From the NCBI GenBank assembly GCA_044449785.1, contig JBIOII010000001.1, positions 11,231 to 75,230 of the forward strand: 64,000 nucleotides of DNA, in the 5' to 3' direction. A program made the position numbers and the translations under genes. Positions 29,048-39,547 of this stretch are shown in pieces. The DNA comes from Candidatus Limnocylindrales bacterium. GTDB lineage: Bacteria; Chloroflexota; Limnocylindria; Limnocylindrales; CSP1-4. Numbering within the stretch: the stretch's first letter is position 1; the number at the start of each line of letters is the position of its first letter. The notes under the pieces are model-generated. The model saw nothing but the letters and a program-made list of their open reading frames with translations, did no database searches and was not told where the DNA came from.

Positions 29048-30298
29048 ATGACCGCCGCGGCGGGGCAGGGGAGCCCCGGCAGGAGCCCGGGCCCGATCCG
29101 CGTGGCGCTGCTCGGATCGGGTGGCTCGATCGGACGCCAGGCCGTGGATGTCCTGGCTCGCCGCCCCGAGATGTTCCGGGTCGTGGCCCTGGCTACCGGC
29201 TCTCAGGCCCAGATGCTCGAGGAGCAGGCCCGGCTGCTCCGGCCGGCGGCGGTCTTCCTGGCCGACGCCCGTGGGGCGGAACGGCTGGATCTACCTGAGG
29301 GAACCGCGGTCGTTGGCGGGCCCGACGCGCTGCAAGAGCTGGCTACTGGGCACGACGTCGACCTGGTCGTCGTGGCTACCGGTGGTCTCGTCGCCCTCCG
29401 CTCCGTGCTCGCGGCGCTTGAGTCGGGCAAGGTCGTCGCGACGGCCAACAAAGAGACGCTCGTCGCCGGCGGGCACTTGGTCATGCCCCTCGTCCGCCGG
29501 CTGGCCGCGGGAGCTGTTGGAGCCACGGGCGACGCCCACCATCCCCTCGGAAGTCCGCTCGGCTGGCTCAGGCCTATCGATTCGGAGCACTCCGCGATCT
29601 GGCAGTGTCTCGCCGGGGAAGAAGGCACGGCCATCGAGCGCCTGCTGCTCACCGCGTCCGGCGGCCCGTTGCTGGATGCAACCGCGTCGGACCTCGCAAC
29701 GGTGACGCCCGAGCAGGCGCTGCGGCATCCGACCTGGACGATGGGCGCCAAGATCACGATCGACTCCGCGACCCTCGCCAACAAGGGGCTGGAGATCATC
29801 GAGGCGCGCTGGCTGTACGATGTCCCACTCGCGAAGATATCCGTGGTAATACACCCGCAGAGCGTCGTCCATTCGGCGGTCGAATTCGTGGACGGCTCCG
29901 TAAAGGCACAGCTAGGTACGCCGGACATGCGACTCCCGATCCAATACGCACTCACATACCCCGAGCGACTGCCCTCGCCGGCGGCGGCCGTGGACCTGAT
30001 CGCGGCCGGCCGGCTGGAGTTCCGGGCCCCGGACGAAAGTCGCTTTCCGGCCCTCCGTATAGCCCGGGAAGCCGGGCTTGCCGGCCCGCAGGCAAGCGCG
30101 GCCCTGATATCGGCCGACGAGGTGGCCGTGGAGCGGTTCCTCGGCGGCAGCCTGGACTTCAACGGGATACCGCGCCTGCTGGGCGCAGCGGTCCAGCGCT
30201 TCGGGGCGACAACGCCGGGGGAGGCGGCCGGACCTTCGCTCGAGCAGCTCGTGGCGCTCGACGTCGAAGTTCGGCGATTCGCGGAGGCCTACCGATGA
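29048..30298 (+). CDS. dxr: 1-deoxy-D-xylulose 5-phosphate reductoisomerase
   Basis: RVALLGSGGSIGRQAVDV (NADPH site), ANKETLV and GGPLLD. 416 aa. Confidence 0.95.
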   Translation: MTAAAGQGSPGRSPGPIRVALLGSGGSIGRQAVDVLARRPEMFRVVALATGSQAQMLEEQARLLRPAAVFLADARGAERLDLPEGTAVVGGPDALQELATGHDVDLVVVATGGLVALRSVLAALESGKVVATANKETLVAGGHLVMPLVRRLAAGAVGATGDAHHPLGSPLGWLRPIDSEHSAIWQCLAGEEGTAIERLLLTASGGPLLDATASDLATVTPEQALRHPTWTMGAKITIDSATLANKGLEIIEARWLYDVPLAKISVVIHPQSVVHSAVEFVDGSVKAQLGTPDMRLPIQYALTYPERLPSPAAAVDLIAAGRLEFRAPDESRFPALRIAREAGLAGPQASAALISADEVAVERFLGGSLDFNGIPRLLGAAVQRFGATTPGEAAGPSLEQLVALDVEVRRFAEAYR

Positions 30299-31404
30299 GC
30301 CTGGACGGGGTGCTCTTCTGGGTAGTCGCGATCCCGCTGTTGCTGCTCGTCCTGATTCCGCTGGTGATGGTCCACGAGCTCGGCCATTTCATCATGGCCC
30401 GGCTGGCCGGGATCCGCGTTTTGGAATTCGGGCTCGGCTTCCCTCCCCGCGCCAAGGTCATCGGTCATGACCACGAGACGGAGTACACGCTCAATTATCT
30501 GCCGATCGGCGGCTTCGTGAGGCTCGAGGGAGAGGAGACGAATTCGGACGATCCGAGAGCGTTCACCAATGCGCCGCTTGCCAAGCAGCTGATCGTGCTC
30601 GTGGCCGGTGTGTTCATGAACCTCGTGACCGCGACCGTTCTCTTCTTCATCGTCGCCTGGGCATTCAACCCGCGCGTCCAGCCGACGATCGCCGGGGTCG
30701 TAGCCAATTCACCGGCGCAGTCGGCAGGTCTGCAGGTGGGCGACGTCCTGATATCGCTCAACGGCAAGACGTACGCCGCGCCTTCGGTTCTGGAGTTCAC
30801 GAACGCCGACAACGTCGATCAATGGAGCACCGAGCTCCGGGCCCACGCCGGGCAGACGATCGACCTCGTTGTAGCCGACTCGTCCGGCAAGCAGCGCAAC
30901 CTGGTCGTGACGCTGCGGGTTCCGACGGCGAATGAAGGTGCGCTCGGCGTCCAGCTCGGGGCTTCGCTCGTCAACTCTCCCGGTGATCCGGTGAGTGCGG
31001 TCGGGATGGCCGTCGGCGGCACCGGCAGGGCCATGGACTTGATCATCGGAGCGCTCGGCGACATCGGGCGCCAGCTGTTCACCAACCCGTCACAGGCACC
31101 GCCGGGCGTACAGGGTCCCGTGGGCATCGCCTCGGACGTGGGCCACGCGGCCTCGCAGCCCGACGCCGTGATGCTCTTCCTGCTTCTTGCGGCCGTGCTG
31201 TCGGCCAACCTGGCTCTCGTCAACATCCTGCCCGTTCCCGTGCTGGACGGCGGCAAGATGGTGATCATGGTCGTGAAACGGATCTTCGGCGCCAGGGGCG
31301 TGAGCGCGGTCGAGACATTCGCCTACGTCGCCAGCTTCGCGCTCCTGTTAGCGTTCGTAGGCTGGATAACCTACTTCGACATCGTGCGCGGCGGCGCTCC
31401 GTAG
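30295..31404 (+). CDS. rseP: RIP metalloprotease RseP (site-2 protease, single PDZ)
   Basis: [16 protein letters not shown] (HExxH in TM1), a PDZ domain ([13 protein letters not shown]), and a C-terminal LDGG motif ([13 protein letters not shown]). ATG at 30295 overlaps the dxr stop; the ORF track runs from 29605. Confidence 0.85.
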   Translation: MSLDGVLFWVVAIPLLLLVLIPLVMVHELGHFIMARLAGIRVLEFGLGFPPRAKVIGHDHETEYTLNYLPIGGFVRLEGEETNSDDPRAFTNAPLAKQLIVLVAGVFMNLVTATVLFFIVAWAFNPRVQPTIAGVVANSPAQSAGLQVGDVLISLNGKTYAAPSVLEFTNADNVDQWSTELRAHAGQTIDLVVADSSGKQRNLVVTLRVPTANEGALGVQLGASLVNSPGDPVSAVGMAVGGTGRAMDLIIGALGDIGRQLFTNPSQAPPGVQGPVGIASDVGHAASQPDAVMLFLLLAAVLSANLALVNILPVPVLDGGKMVIMVVKRIFGARGVSAVETFAYVASFALLLAFVGWITYFDIVRGGAP

Positions 31405-31406
31405 CC

Positions 31407-32645
<1,239 letters not shown>

Positions 32646-32746
32646 CCGACCAGGCACGCGTCGCACGACTCGCCCAGGCCCGCGAGGACGGGCCAGGCGC
32701 TACGATTGCGCGAAATCACCGTGGTCGGATCGTCGGAGGAGTAATA

Positions 32747-34204
32747 GTGCCCAGCGAGGGTTTCGTCACCAGCATCACCCACCAGACCGAGAACTTCCCG
32801 GAGTGGTACAACGACGTGGTCCTGAAGGCGCAGCTCGCGGACTACTCCCCGGTTCGAGGGTGCATGGTGATCCGGCCGTACGGCTACGCCATCTGGGAGT
32901 CGATGCAGGCCGAGCTGGACCGGCACATCAAGGCGACGGGCCATAGCAACGTCTACTTCCCGCTCTTCGTGCCCAAGTCGCTGCTCGAGAAAGAGGCCGC
33001 GCACGTCGAGGGCTTCAACCCGCAGGTCGCATGGGTGACCCACGCCGGCGGCAAAGCGCTCGACGAGTGGCTGGCGATCCGGCCCACGAGCGAGGCGATC
33101 ATCGCCGAGAAGGTCAAGGACTGGATCCAGTCCTATCGCGACCTGCCGCTGCTGATGAACCTCTGGAACAACGTCGTCCGCTGGGAGTTGCGAACGCGGC
33201 TGTTCCTGCGGACAGCCGAGTTCCTGTGGCAGGAGGCGCACACTTTCCATGCCACCGAGAAGGAGGCGGCCGACGAAGTCGCCACCGGCCTCGAGTGCTA
33301 CCGCAAGGTCTCCGAAGACTGGCTGGCGATCCCCGTAATCAAGGGTCGCAAGACCGACAGCGAGAAGTTCCCGGGCGCCGACTGGACGTGGTGCGTCGAA
33401 GCGATGATGCGCGACAAGAAAGCCCTGCAGGCCGGCACGTCGCACATGCTCGGCCAGAACTTCGCGCGCGCCGCCGGCATCGAGTTCCTCGATCGCGACA
33501 ACGTGCGCAAGAACCCGTACGGCACGTCGTGGGGCTTCTCAACCCGGATGGTCGGGGCCACGATCATGACCCACGGCGACGACTCGGGGCTCGTCCTGCC
33601 ACCCAACGTCGCGCCCGTCCAGGTCGTTGTCGTCCCGATCTTCCGCAAGGACGAGGACAAGGCGGCCGTCGCCGGTGCCATCGATCGGTTCCAGGCTGCG
33701 CTGGCCGGGACACCGGAAGGTGCGGCCGTGCGGGCCAAGGTCGACTGGACGGACGACTCGCCGGGCTTCAAGTACAACCACTGGGAACTGCGCGGGGTGC
33801 CGTTCCGGCTCGAGATCGGGCCGCGCGACGTGGCGGCCGGTCAGGGCATGCTGGTCAAGCGCGTCGACCGTACGAAGGAAGCGGTTCCGCTCGAGCGCCT
33901 GGCCGCCGAGCTGCCGGCTCGATTGCGCGCCTATCAGGCCGAACTGTTCAAGCGAGCGCTCGATTTCCGTTCAGAGAATACCCACAAAGCCGATACGTAC
34001 CAGCATCTCAAGGATGGCCTGGACGGCGAAGGCGGGTTCTTCATGGCACCGTGGTGTGGGGATGCGAAGTGCGAACGCCAGGTCAATGAAGAGACCGGTG
34101 CCACCATCCGCTGCATTCCGTTCGACTCGCCCGACGAGCCAGGCAAGTGCATCGTCTGCGGCGGCTCGTCGCCGCGTCGCGTTCTCTTCGCCAGGGCTTA
34201 CTGA
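32747..34204 (+). CDS. proS: proline--tRNA ligase, archaeal/eukaryotic-like architecture (no editing insertion, C-terminal Zn-binding domain)
   Basis: Class II aaRS motifs (FRTAEFLWQEAHTFHAT), about 485 aa, C-terminal CGDAKCE...CIVCG zinc ribbon. No bacterial-type INS editing domain. Confidence 0.9.
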   Translation: MPSEGFVTSITHQTENFPEWYNDVVLKAQLADYSPVRGCMVIRPYGYAIWESMQAELDRHIKATGHSNVYFPLFVPKSLLEKEAAHVEGFNPQVAWVTHAGGKALDEWLAIRPTSEAIIAEKVKDWIQSYRDLPLLMNLWNNVVRWELRTRLFLRTAEFLWQEAHTFHATEKEAADEVATGLECYRKVSEDWLAIPVIKGRKTDSEKFPGADWTWCVEAMMRDKKALQAGTSHMLGQNFARAAGIEFLDRDNVRKNPYGTSWGFSTRMVGATIMTHGDDSGLVLPPNVAPVQVVVVPIFRKDEDKAAVAGAIDRFQAALAGTPEGAAVRAKVDWTDDSPGFKYNHWELRGVPFRLEIGPRDVAAGQGMLVKRVDRTKEAVPLERLAAELPARLRAYQAELFKRALDFRSENTHKADTYQHLKDGLDGEGGFFMAPWCGDAKCERQVNEETGATIRCIPFDSPDEPGKCIVCGGSSPRRVLFARAY

Positions 34205-34357
34205 GGCCGGTCGGCATCGCAGCAGCGGCCGAGGAGCGGCAGCAGAGGCATTGACAGATGCCGGTCTGGCTGGGCAGCCGGACCGCCTCGGGGCATGGCG
34301 CCCCTTGGATGGTCCAGGGGTGCCGTGTATACTTGCCGCAATCTACCGGCCGCTCGT

Positions 34358-34386
34358 GACGTGGGTGACCCCCACGTCTTTTGTTG
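34358..34386 (+). terminator. rho-independent terminator downstream of proS
   Basis: GACGTGGG-tgacc-CCCACGTC 8-bp perfect stem followed by TTTTGTTG. Confidence 0.7.
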
Positions 34387-34481
34387 AGCGGCCATAGGCG
34401 TGCCGGTCGGCGAATCGACCGGATGTTTGACGGCGGTGGCCGCATCGGCGGCCGCCGAACATAGCGGACGGGAGGCGCGAA

Positions 34482-35735
34482 GTGAGTCGGGATTTCGTCG
34501 GCGCCCTCCTGCAGCTGAACGCGGAGAAAGGTGTCTCGCGGGAGCAGCTGGTTCGCACCGTGGAAGAGGCGATCCAGTCGGCGTACCGGCGCACGCCCGG
34601 TGACGAGGACATCCAGGTCCGCATCGACGCCGAATCGGGCAAGGTCCGGGTCTTCCGGGCACGCCTGGTCGTAGAGGAGGTCGACGACCCGGCGACCCAG
34701 ATGACGCTCGGAGAAGCCAGGGCCGTCGATGCCGCGGCAGAGGTCGGCGATCTCGTCGAAACCGAGCAGCTCGACCAGGAAGCGTTCGGCCGAATCCACG
34801 CCCAGACCGCCAAGCAGGTGGTCCTGCAGCGGCTCCACGAAGCCGAGCGCAACGTCGTGTTCGACGAGTACGCCAGCCGCGAAGGCGAGCTGATTACAGG
34901 CACGGTGTCGCGCGTCGAGCCGCGAGCCATCATCCTCGATGTCGGCAAGGCCGAAGCCATCCTGGCCACGACCGAGCAGTCGCCGCTCGAGCATTACCGC
35001 ATCGGCCAGAACGTCAAGGCCTACGTGCTGGAAGTCCGCCGCAGCGCTAAGGGTCCGCAGATCTACGTCAGCCGCACTCACAAAGGCTTCCTTCGCCGGC
35101 TCTTCGAGCTCGAGGTGCCCGAGATCCACGCCGGCACCGTCGAGGTCAAGGCGATCGCCCGAGAGGCCGGAAGCCGCTCAAAGGTTGCCGTTGCCTCGCG
35201 ACAGCAGGGCCTGGATCCCGTCGGCGCCACTGTCGGCCAGCGCGGGGCGCGGGTTCAGGCGGTCGTGGCGGAGTTGGGCGGCGAGAAGATCGACGTGATC
35301 GAATGGTCCGAGGATGCCTCTACTTTCGTCGCCAAGGCGCTCAGCCCCGCGCAGGTGATCGAGGTCCGGATAGACGAAGAGCACCGCATCGCGAACGTCG
35401 TCGTGCCCGAGCGGATGCTATCGCTCGCGATCGGCCGTGAGGGTCAAAATGCCCGGCTCGCGGCCAAGCTGACCGGGTGGCGGATCGACATCCGAAGCGA
35501 TGTCTCCGTCGCCGAGGCGGCCAGGGCCGAAGCGGCCGCAGGATCGGCTGCGGCGCTTGTCTCCCAGGCGTCCGAGGCGCCTTCCACCGAGATCGTCGAA
35601 GCGGTCGCGGCGACCGACTCGGCGCCCGTCGCCGAGGTCGCGGCCGTCATCGGGGACGAGGCTGCGGCCAAACCGAAGCGGCGAAAGACCGCCAAGTCGA
35701 CAGAGCCCGACGCTGACGGGCAGGTGGCCCCGTAG
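34482..35735 (+). CDS. nusA: transcription termination/antitermination factor NusA
   Basis: N-terminal domain, S1 domain and two KH domains (IGREGQNARLAAKLTGWRIDI). An A/E-rich C-terminal tail. GTG start. Confidence 0.95.
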   Translation: MSRDFVGALLQLNAEKGVSREQLVRTVEEAIQSAYRRTPGDEDIQVRIDAESGKVRVFRARLVVEEVDDPATQMTLGEARAVDAAAEVGDLVETEQLDQEAFGRIHAQTAKQVVLQRLHEAERNVVFDEYASREGELITGTVSRVEPRAIILDVGKAEAILATTEQSPLEHYRIGQNVKAYVLEVRRSAKGPQIYVSRTHKGFLRRLFELEVPEIHAGTVEVKAIAREAGSRSKVAVASRQQGLDPVGATVGQRGARVQAVVAELGGEKIDVIEWSEDASTFVAKALSPAQVIEVRIDEEHRIANVVVPERMLSLAIGREGQNARLAAKLTGWRIDIRSDVSVAEAARAEAAAGSAAALVSQASEAPSTEIVEAVAATDSAPVAEVAAVIGDEAAAKPKRRKTAKSTEPDADGQVAP

Positions 35736-35809
35736 TCCGGGGAGCGCCTCCGCGGCGGTATCCGACAAGATCTTGCGTCGTCTGCCGGACGGCGCAGCAA
35801 AAGCGCGAG

Positions 35810-36037
35810 TTGCTGCGGATCGTCCGGACGCCGGACGGCCGAATCGTCCTCGACCCAACCGGCAAGATGCCGGGCCGAGGCGCTTATGTTTGTTCCAAAC
35901 CAGAGTGCCGCGTCGCGGCGCTCGACAAAGGATCGCTCCAGCGAGCTCTCGAGGTGCCGATCCCGGCGGAACTCCGGGCAGAGCTGACAGGGGAGGCGAG
36001 CGGGATCGAAGGAGGAGATAGTCGTGGCCAAGAGTAG
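35810..36037 (+). CDS. ylxR: YlxR/RnpM family protein (DUF448). The conserved N-terminal Cys motif lies in frame upstream (from about 35717) without a canonical start codon
   Basis: LLRIVRTPDGRIVLDPTGKMPGRGAYVC is the DUF448 core. In-frame upstream translation gives RRYPTRSCVVCRTAQQKRELL (the RxCxxCR motif), but no ATG/GTG/TTG occurs between the in-frame TGA at 35714 and the TTG at 35810. Confidence 0.75.
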   Translation: MLRIVRTPDGRIVLDPTGKMPGRGAYVCSKPECRVAALDKGSLQRALEVPIPAELRAELTGEASGIEGGDSRGQE

Positions 36038-37937
36038 GAGCGGTACGCGGGGCCGACGTGGACCGCGCAAGCCGGTGCGCCGCGACGTCGGAGCCCAGGG
36101 CGGCGCCCCGCAGTCGTCGGATCCGCGCGAACGCGGCGCGATAGAGCTGCCGTCGAGCATCACCGTCAAGGACCTCGCCGATCTCCTCGGCGTCAACCCG
36201 GCAGACGTCATACGCGAGCTCATCAAGAGCGGCATCTTCGCGAACATCAACCAGGGCATCGACCGTGAGACCGCATCGCTCGTAGCCGAGGAGCTCGGTT
36301 ACGAGGTGACCGAAGCCGCCCAAGCGGGAGCCGGCGCACCCAGCGGCGACGGCACTCAGGGTGAGGCTGCGCCGGTGAGCGCCGCGACGAAGGAGCAGCT
36401 GTACGAAGAGGACGAGGAAAGCCTCCTGCAGCCGCGTGCGCCGATCGTGACGGTCATGGGCCACGTCGACCACGGCAAGACCTCACTGCTCGACGCGATT
36501 CGGACCACGAAGGTCGCGGCCGGCGAGCGCGGTGGCATCACCCAGCACATCGGGGCGAGCGAGGTTGTCAAGGACGGCCGCCACATCGTCTTCCTGGACA
36601 CGCCGGGCCACGAGGCCTTTACGGCGATGCGCGCCCGCGGCGCCAAGGTCACCGACATCGCCATCGTGGTCGTTGCGGCCGACGATGGAGTCATGCCGCA
36701 GACCCTTGAGGCGATCGACCACGCCCGGGCGGCGAAGGTGCCGATCATCATCGCCCTCAACAAGATCGACAAGCCAGACGCCAATCCGGACCGCGTCAAG
36801 AACGGGCTGGCTGAAGCCGGCGTGGTGGTCGAGGAGTATGGCGGCGACGTGCCCATGGTCGCCGTCTCAGCGAAGGCCCGCCTGGGCTTGGACGAGCTGC
36901 TCGAGATGATCAACCTCGTGGCGGACTTGCAGGAGCTCAAAGCCAATCCAAAGCGAGCGGCCGTCGGGACGATCGTCGAGGCAGAACTCGACAAGGGACG
37001 GGGCCCGGTCGCTACCGCGCTGGTCCAGACCGGCACCCTGCGAGTGGGTGACGTCATCGTCGTCGGCGAGACCTACGGCAAGGTTCGCGCCCTCGAAAAC
37101 GCCCTGGGCAAGCGAATCACCAAGGCCGGCCCCTCGAGTCCGGCCGTGGTGTTGGGCCTGGCGGACGTTCCCCAGGCAGGAGACATCCTGCGGGTCGTGG
37201 CTGACGAGAAGATCGCCCGGGCCATGGTCGAGGAGCGCAAGACCGCTTCCGCGGCCAGGACCGAAGGCAGCGGCCGCGCCACGCTCGAAGACCTCTACGC
37301 CCAGATCCAGGCCGGCCAGACGAAGGAATTGAGGATCATCCTCAAGACCGACGTATCGGGCTCTCTCGGCGCCATCACCCACGCCCTCCAGCAGCTGTCA
37401 ACCGACGAGGTCCGGATCAACGTGCTCCATGAAGGCGCCGGCGACGTGACCGACAACGACATCATGCTGGCGGCCGCCTCGGACGCGATCGTGGTCGCGT
37501 TCAACACCAAGGTGACGGATACAGCGCGGCGTGCCGCCGAGTCGGAGAAGGTAGACGTCCGCAACTACGACATCATCTACAAGCTGACCGACGACATCAA
37601 CGCGGCGCTCCGAGGTCTGCTCGAGCCGGAGCAGGTCGAGACCGTCGAGGGTCGAGCGGAAATCCGCAAGATCTTCCGGGTCGGCAAGGTGGCGGTCATC
37701 GCCGGCTGCTACGTAACGGACGGACGGATCGTCCGGGGCGGCGGCGCCAGGGTCTGGCGTGGCGGCAAGGTGATCACCACGGACAGGATCGAGTCGGTCC
37801 GGCGCATGAAAGACGACGTCCGCGAAGTTACTACCAACTTCGAGTGCGGGATCGGCCTGGCCGGATCGAACGACCTGGTCGAAGGTGACATCATCGAGTG
37901 CTTCACCCAGCAGATGGTGAGCCGGGCGGCCGGTTGA
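36024..37937 (+). CDS. infB: translation initiation factor IF-2 (short N-terminal region)
   Basis: G domain [24 protein letters not shown] and NKID. 637 aa. GTG start overlaps the ylxR 3' end. Confidence 0.95.
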   Translation: MAKSRSGTRGRRGPRKPVRRDVGAQGGAPQSSDPRERGAIELPSSITVKDLADLLGVNPADVIRELIKSGIFANINQGIDRETASLVAEELGYEVTEAAQAGAGAPSGDGTQGEAAPVSAATKEQLYEEDEESLLQPRAPIVTVMGHVDHGKTSLLDAIRTTKVAAGERGGITQHIGASEVVKDGRHIVFLDTPGHEAFTAMRARGAKVTDIAIVVVAADDGVMPQTLEAIDHARAAKVPIIIALNKIDKPDANPDRVKNGLAEAGVVVEEYGGDVPMVAVSAKARLGLDELLEMINLVADLQELKANPKRAAVGTIVEAELDKGRGPVATALVQTGTLRVGDVIVVGETYGKVRALENALGKRITKAGPSSPAVVLGLADVPQAGDILRVVADEKIARAMVEERKTASAARTEGSGRATLEDLYAQIQAGQTKELRIILKTDVSGSLGAITHALQQLSTDEVRINVLHEGAGDVTDNDIMLAAASDAIVVAFNTKVTDTARRAAESEKVDVRNYDIIYKLTDDINAALRGLLEPEQVETVEGRAEIRKIFRVGKVAVIAGCYVTDGRIVRGGGARVWRGGKVITTDRIESVRRMKDDVREVTTNFECGIGLAGSNDLVEGDIIECFTQQMVSRAAG

Positions 37938-37956
37938 GCCGGAGTGGCGGGTCTCG

Positions 37957-38514
37957 ATGACGCAAAGAACTGATCGGATCGACGAGCTCCTTCGCCAGGA
38001 GATCGGCCAGGCGCTCGAGCGCGAGATCACCGATCCACGCATCGGATTCGTCACTGTCACAGACGTGGAGACCGTGCCGGATCTCTCGCGCGCCCGGGTC
38101 TGGGTGAGCATCATCGGCACCGCCGAGCAACGCAAGGAAAGCCTATCGGCGCTACGGCGGGCGATGCCGTTCATTCGCCGTGGCCTCGGATCGAAGATCC
38201 GCCTGAGGCGCATCCCCGAGCTCGAGGTGCGGCTCGACGATTCGATCGAGCGAGGCACCCGGGTCCTCCGGATCATCAACGAGCTTGAGGCCGGCAAGAA
38301 CCCCGCAGACGCTTCCGTCGGTGGCGGCGAGTCGCTGCCGACGCCGGTTGCCAGGCTGCCGCACGCGGGTGATTCGCTCGACGAGATGCTCGCCGCGACG
38401 CCGCCGCCCGATTCGGCGTCCAAGCCCGCGGTCAGGCGGCCGCGCGGCGGCGGGCGGGCGGGCGGCAAGCGCCGGCCTTCCGCCAAGCCGACCGAGCGCC
38501 GGAGCCGGCCATGA
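37957..38514 (+). CDS. rbfA: ribosome-binding factor A with a basic/Pro-rich C-terminal extension
   Basis: RIDELLRQEIGQALEREITDPRIGFVTVTDVE...VWVSI KH-like RbfA core, followed by an R/G/P-rich tail of about 65 aa. Confidence 0.85.
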   Translation: MTQRTDRIDELLRQEIGQALEREITDPRIGFVTVTDVETVPDLSRARVWVSIIGTAEQRKESLSALRRAMPFIRRGLGSKIRLRRIPELEVRLDDSIERGTRVLRIINELEAGKNPADASVGGGESLPTPVARLPHAGDSLDEMLAATPPPDSASKPAVRRPRGGGRAGGKRRPSAKPTERRSRP

Positions 38515-39545
38515 GCGAGGCCTCGCCGCGAGTCGACCTGACCGCGTATGCCGCCGCTGTACCCGACGATGTCGTCGAGCGGCTGAAGGCCGCGCGGCAC
38601 GTCCTCACGATATGCCACGAGAACCCAGAGGCGGACGCGCTCGGATCGGCGTTGGCCCTGGCGCTGCTCGTCGAGGCGAGTGGGGGAGTGGCAACTCCCG
38701 TTTGCCCTGACGCGGTTCCGGCAATGTACGAGTTCTTGCCGGGAATGGACCGGTTTCGTCGCGAACCGGATCCATCGATCGATTACGACTTGCTCGTGGT
38801 CGGCGACTGCGGCGAGCTGGAGAGAATCGGGCCCGTGCTGACGTCGCATGCGGAGCTGTTCACGAGGGTGCCAATCCTCGACATCGATCACCACGTCTCC
38901 AACGCTGGCTTTGGAGCCGTGGATTGGGTTGATCCGCACAGCTCGGCGACGTGCGAGATGGTCACGCTACTCGCGTGGCGTCTCGGAGTGCCGCTGACGG
39001 CGGTCGGTGGAACCCTTGCCTCGGCCCTGGCCGGTGGCGTCGTGATGGACACCGGAAACTTCCAGCACCCCAACGTAACGCCCCGCACTCTCGTAGTGAT
39101 CGCGGCGCTAAAGGAAGCCGGGGCACCGCTGAGCGAGATTGCCCGGCGCCTCTACCGCTCCAAACCGAACACGCAGCTGTGCCTGTTCGGCCGGGTCCTG
39201 GCGCGGATGGAGTCCGACCTCGGCGGGAGGCTCGTCTGGTCCACCCTGGAGCTGGCCGACCTGGCCGCGAGCGGCGCCTTGCCGTCTGAGTCGGAAGGTC
39301 TCATCGACCTGCTTTCGCAGTCGGAGACCTCCGAGGCCGCGATCCTCTTCAAGGAAGCCGGCGACTCGACCCGCATCAGCGTCCGAACACGGGACGGCGG
39401 CGTGGACGCGACCGTTCTGACCGGGACTTTCGGGGGCGGCGGCCACGCCCGTGCCGCCGGCGCCACATTGGCGTTGCCCCTCGAGGAAGCGCGCCGGGCG
39501 GTTCTGTCGCGCGCGGCGTCGCTCGTTTCAGCGGTCGAGCGGTAG
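38511..39545 (+). CDS. nrnA: DHH-family phosphoesterase NrnA (bifunctional oligoribonuclease/pAp phosphatase)
   Basis: DHH motifs LTICHENPEADALGSALAL, DHH and a DHHA1 GGGHARAAGATL. ATGA overlap with rbfA. Confidence 0.8.
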   Translation: MSEASPRVDLTAYAAAVPDDVVERLKAARHVLTICHENPEADALGSALALALLVEASGGVATPVCPDAVPAMYEFLPGMDRFRREPDPSIDYDLLVVGDCGELERIGPVLTSHAELFTRVPILDIDHHVSNAGFGAVDWVDPHSSATCEMVTLLAWRLGVPLTAVGGTLASALAGGVVMDTGNFQHPNVTPRTLVVIAALKEAGAPLSEIARRLYRSKPNTQLCLFGRVLARMESDLGGRLVWSTLELADLAASGALPSESEGLIDLLSQSETSEAAILFKEAGDSTRISVRTRDGGVDATVLTGTFGGGGHARAAGATLALPLEEARRAVLSRAASLVSAVER

Positions 39546-39547
39546 CT

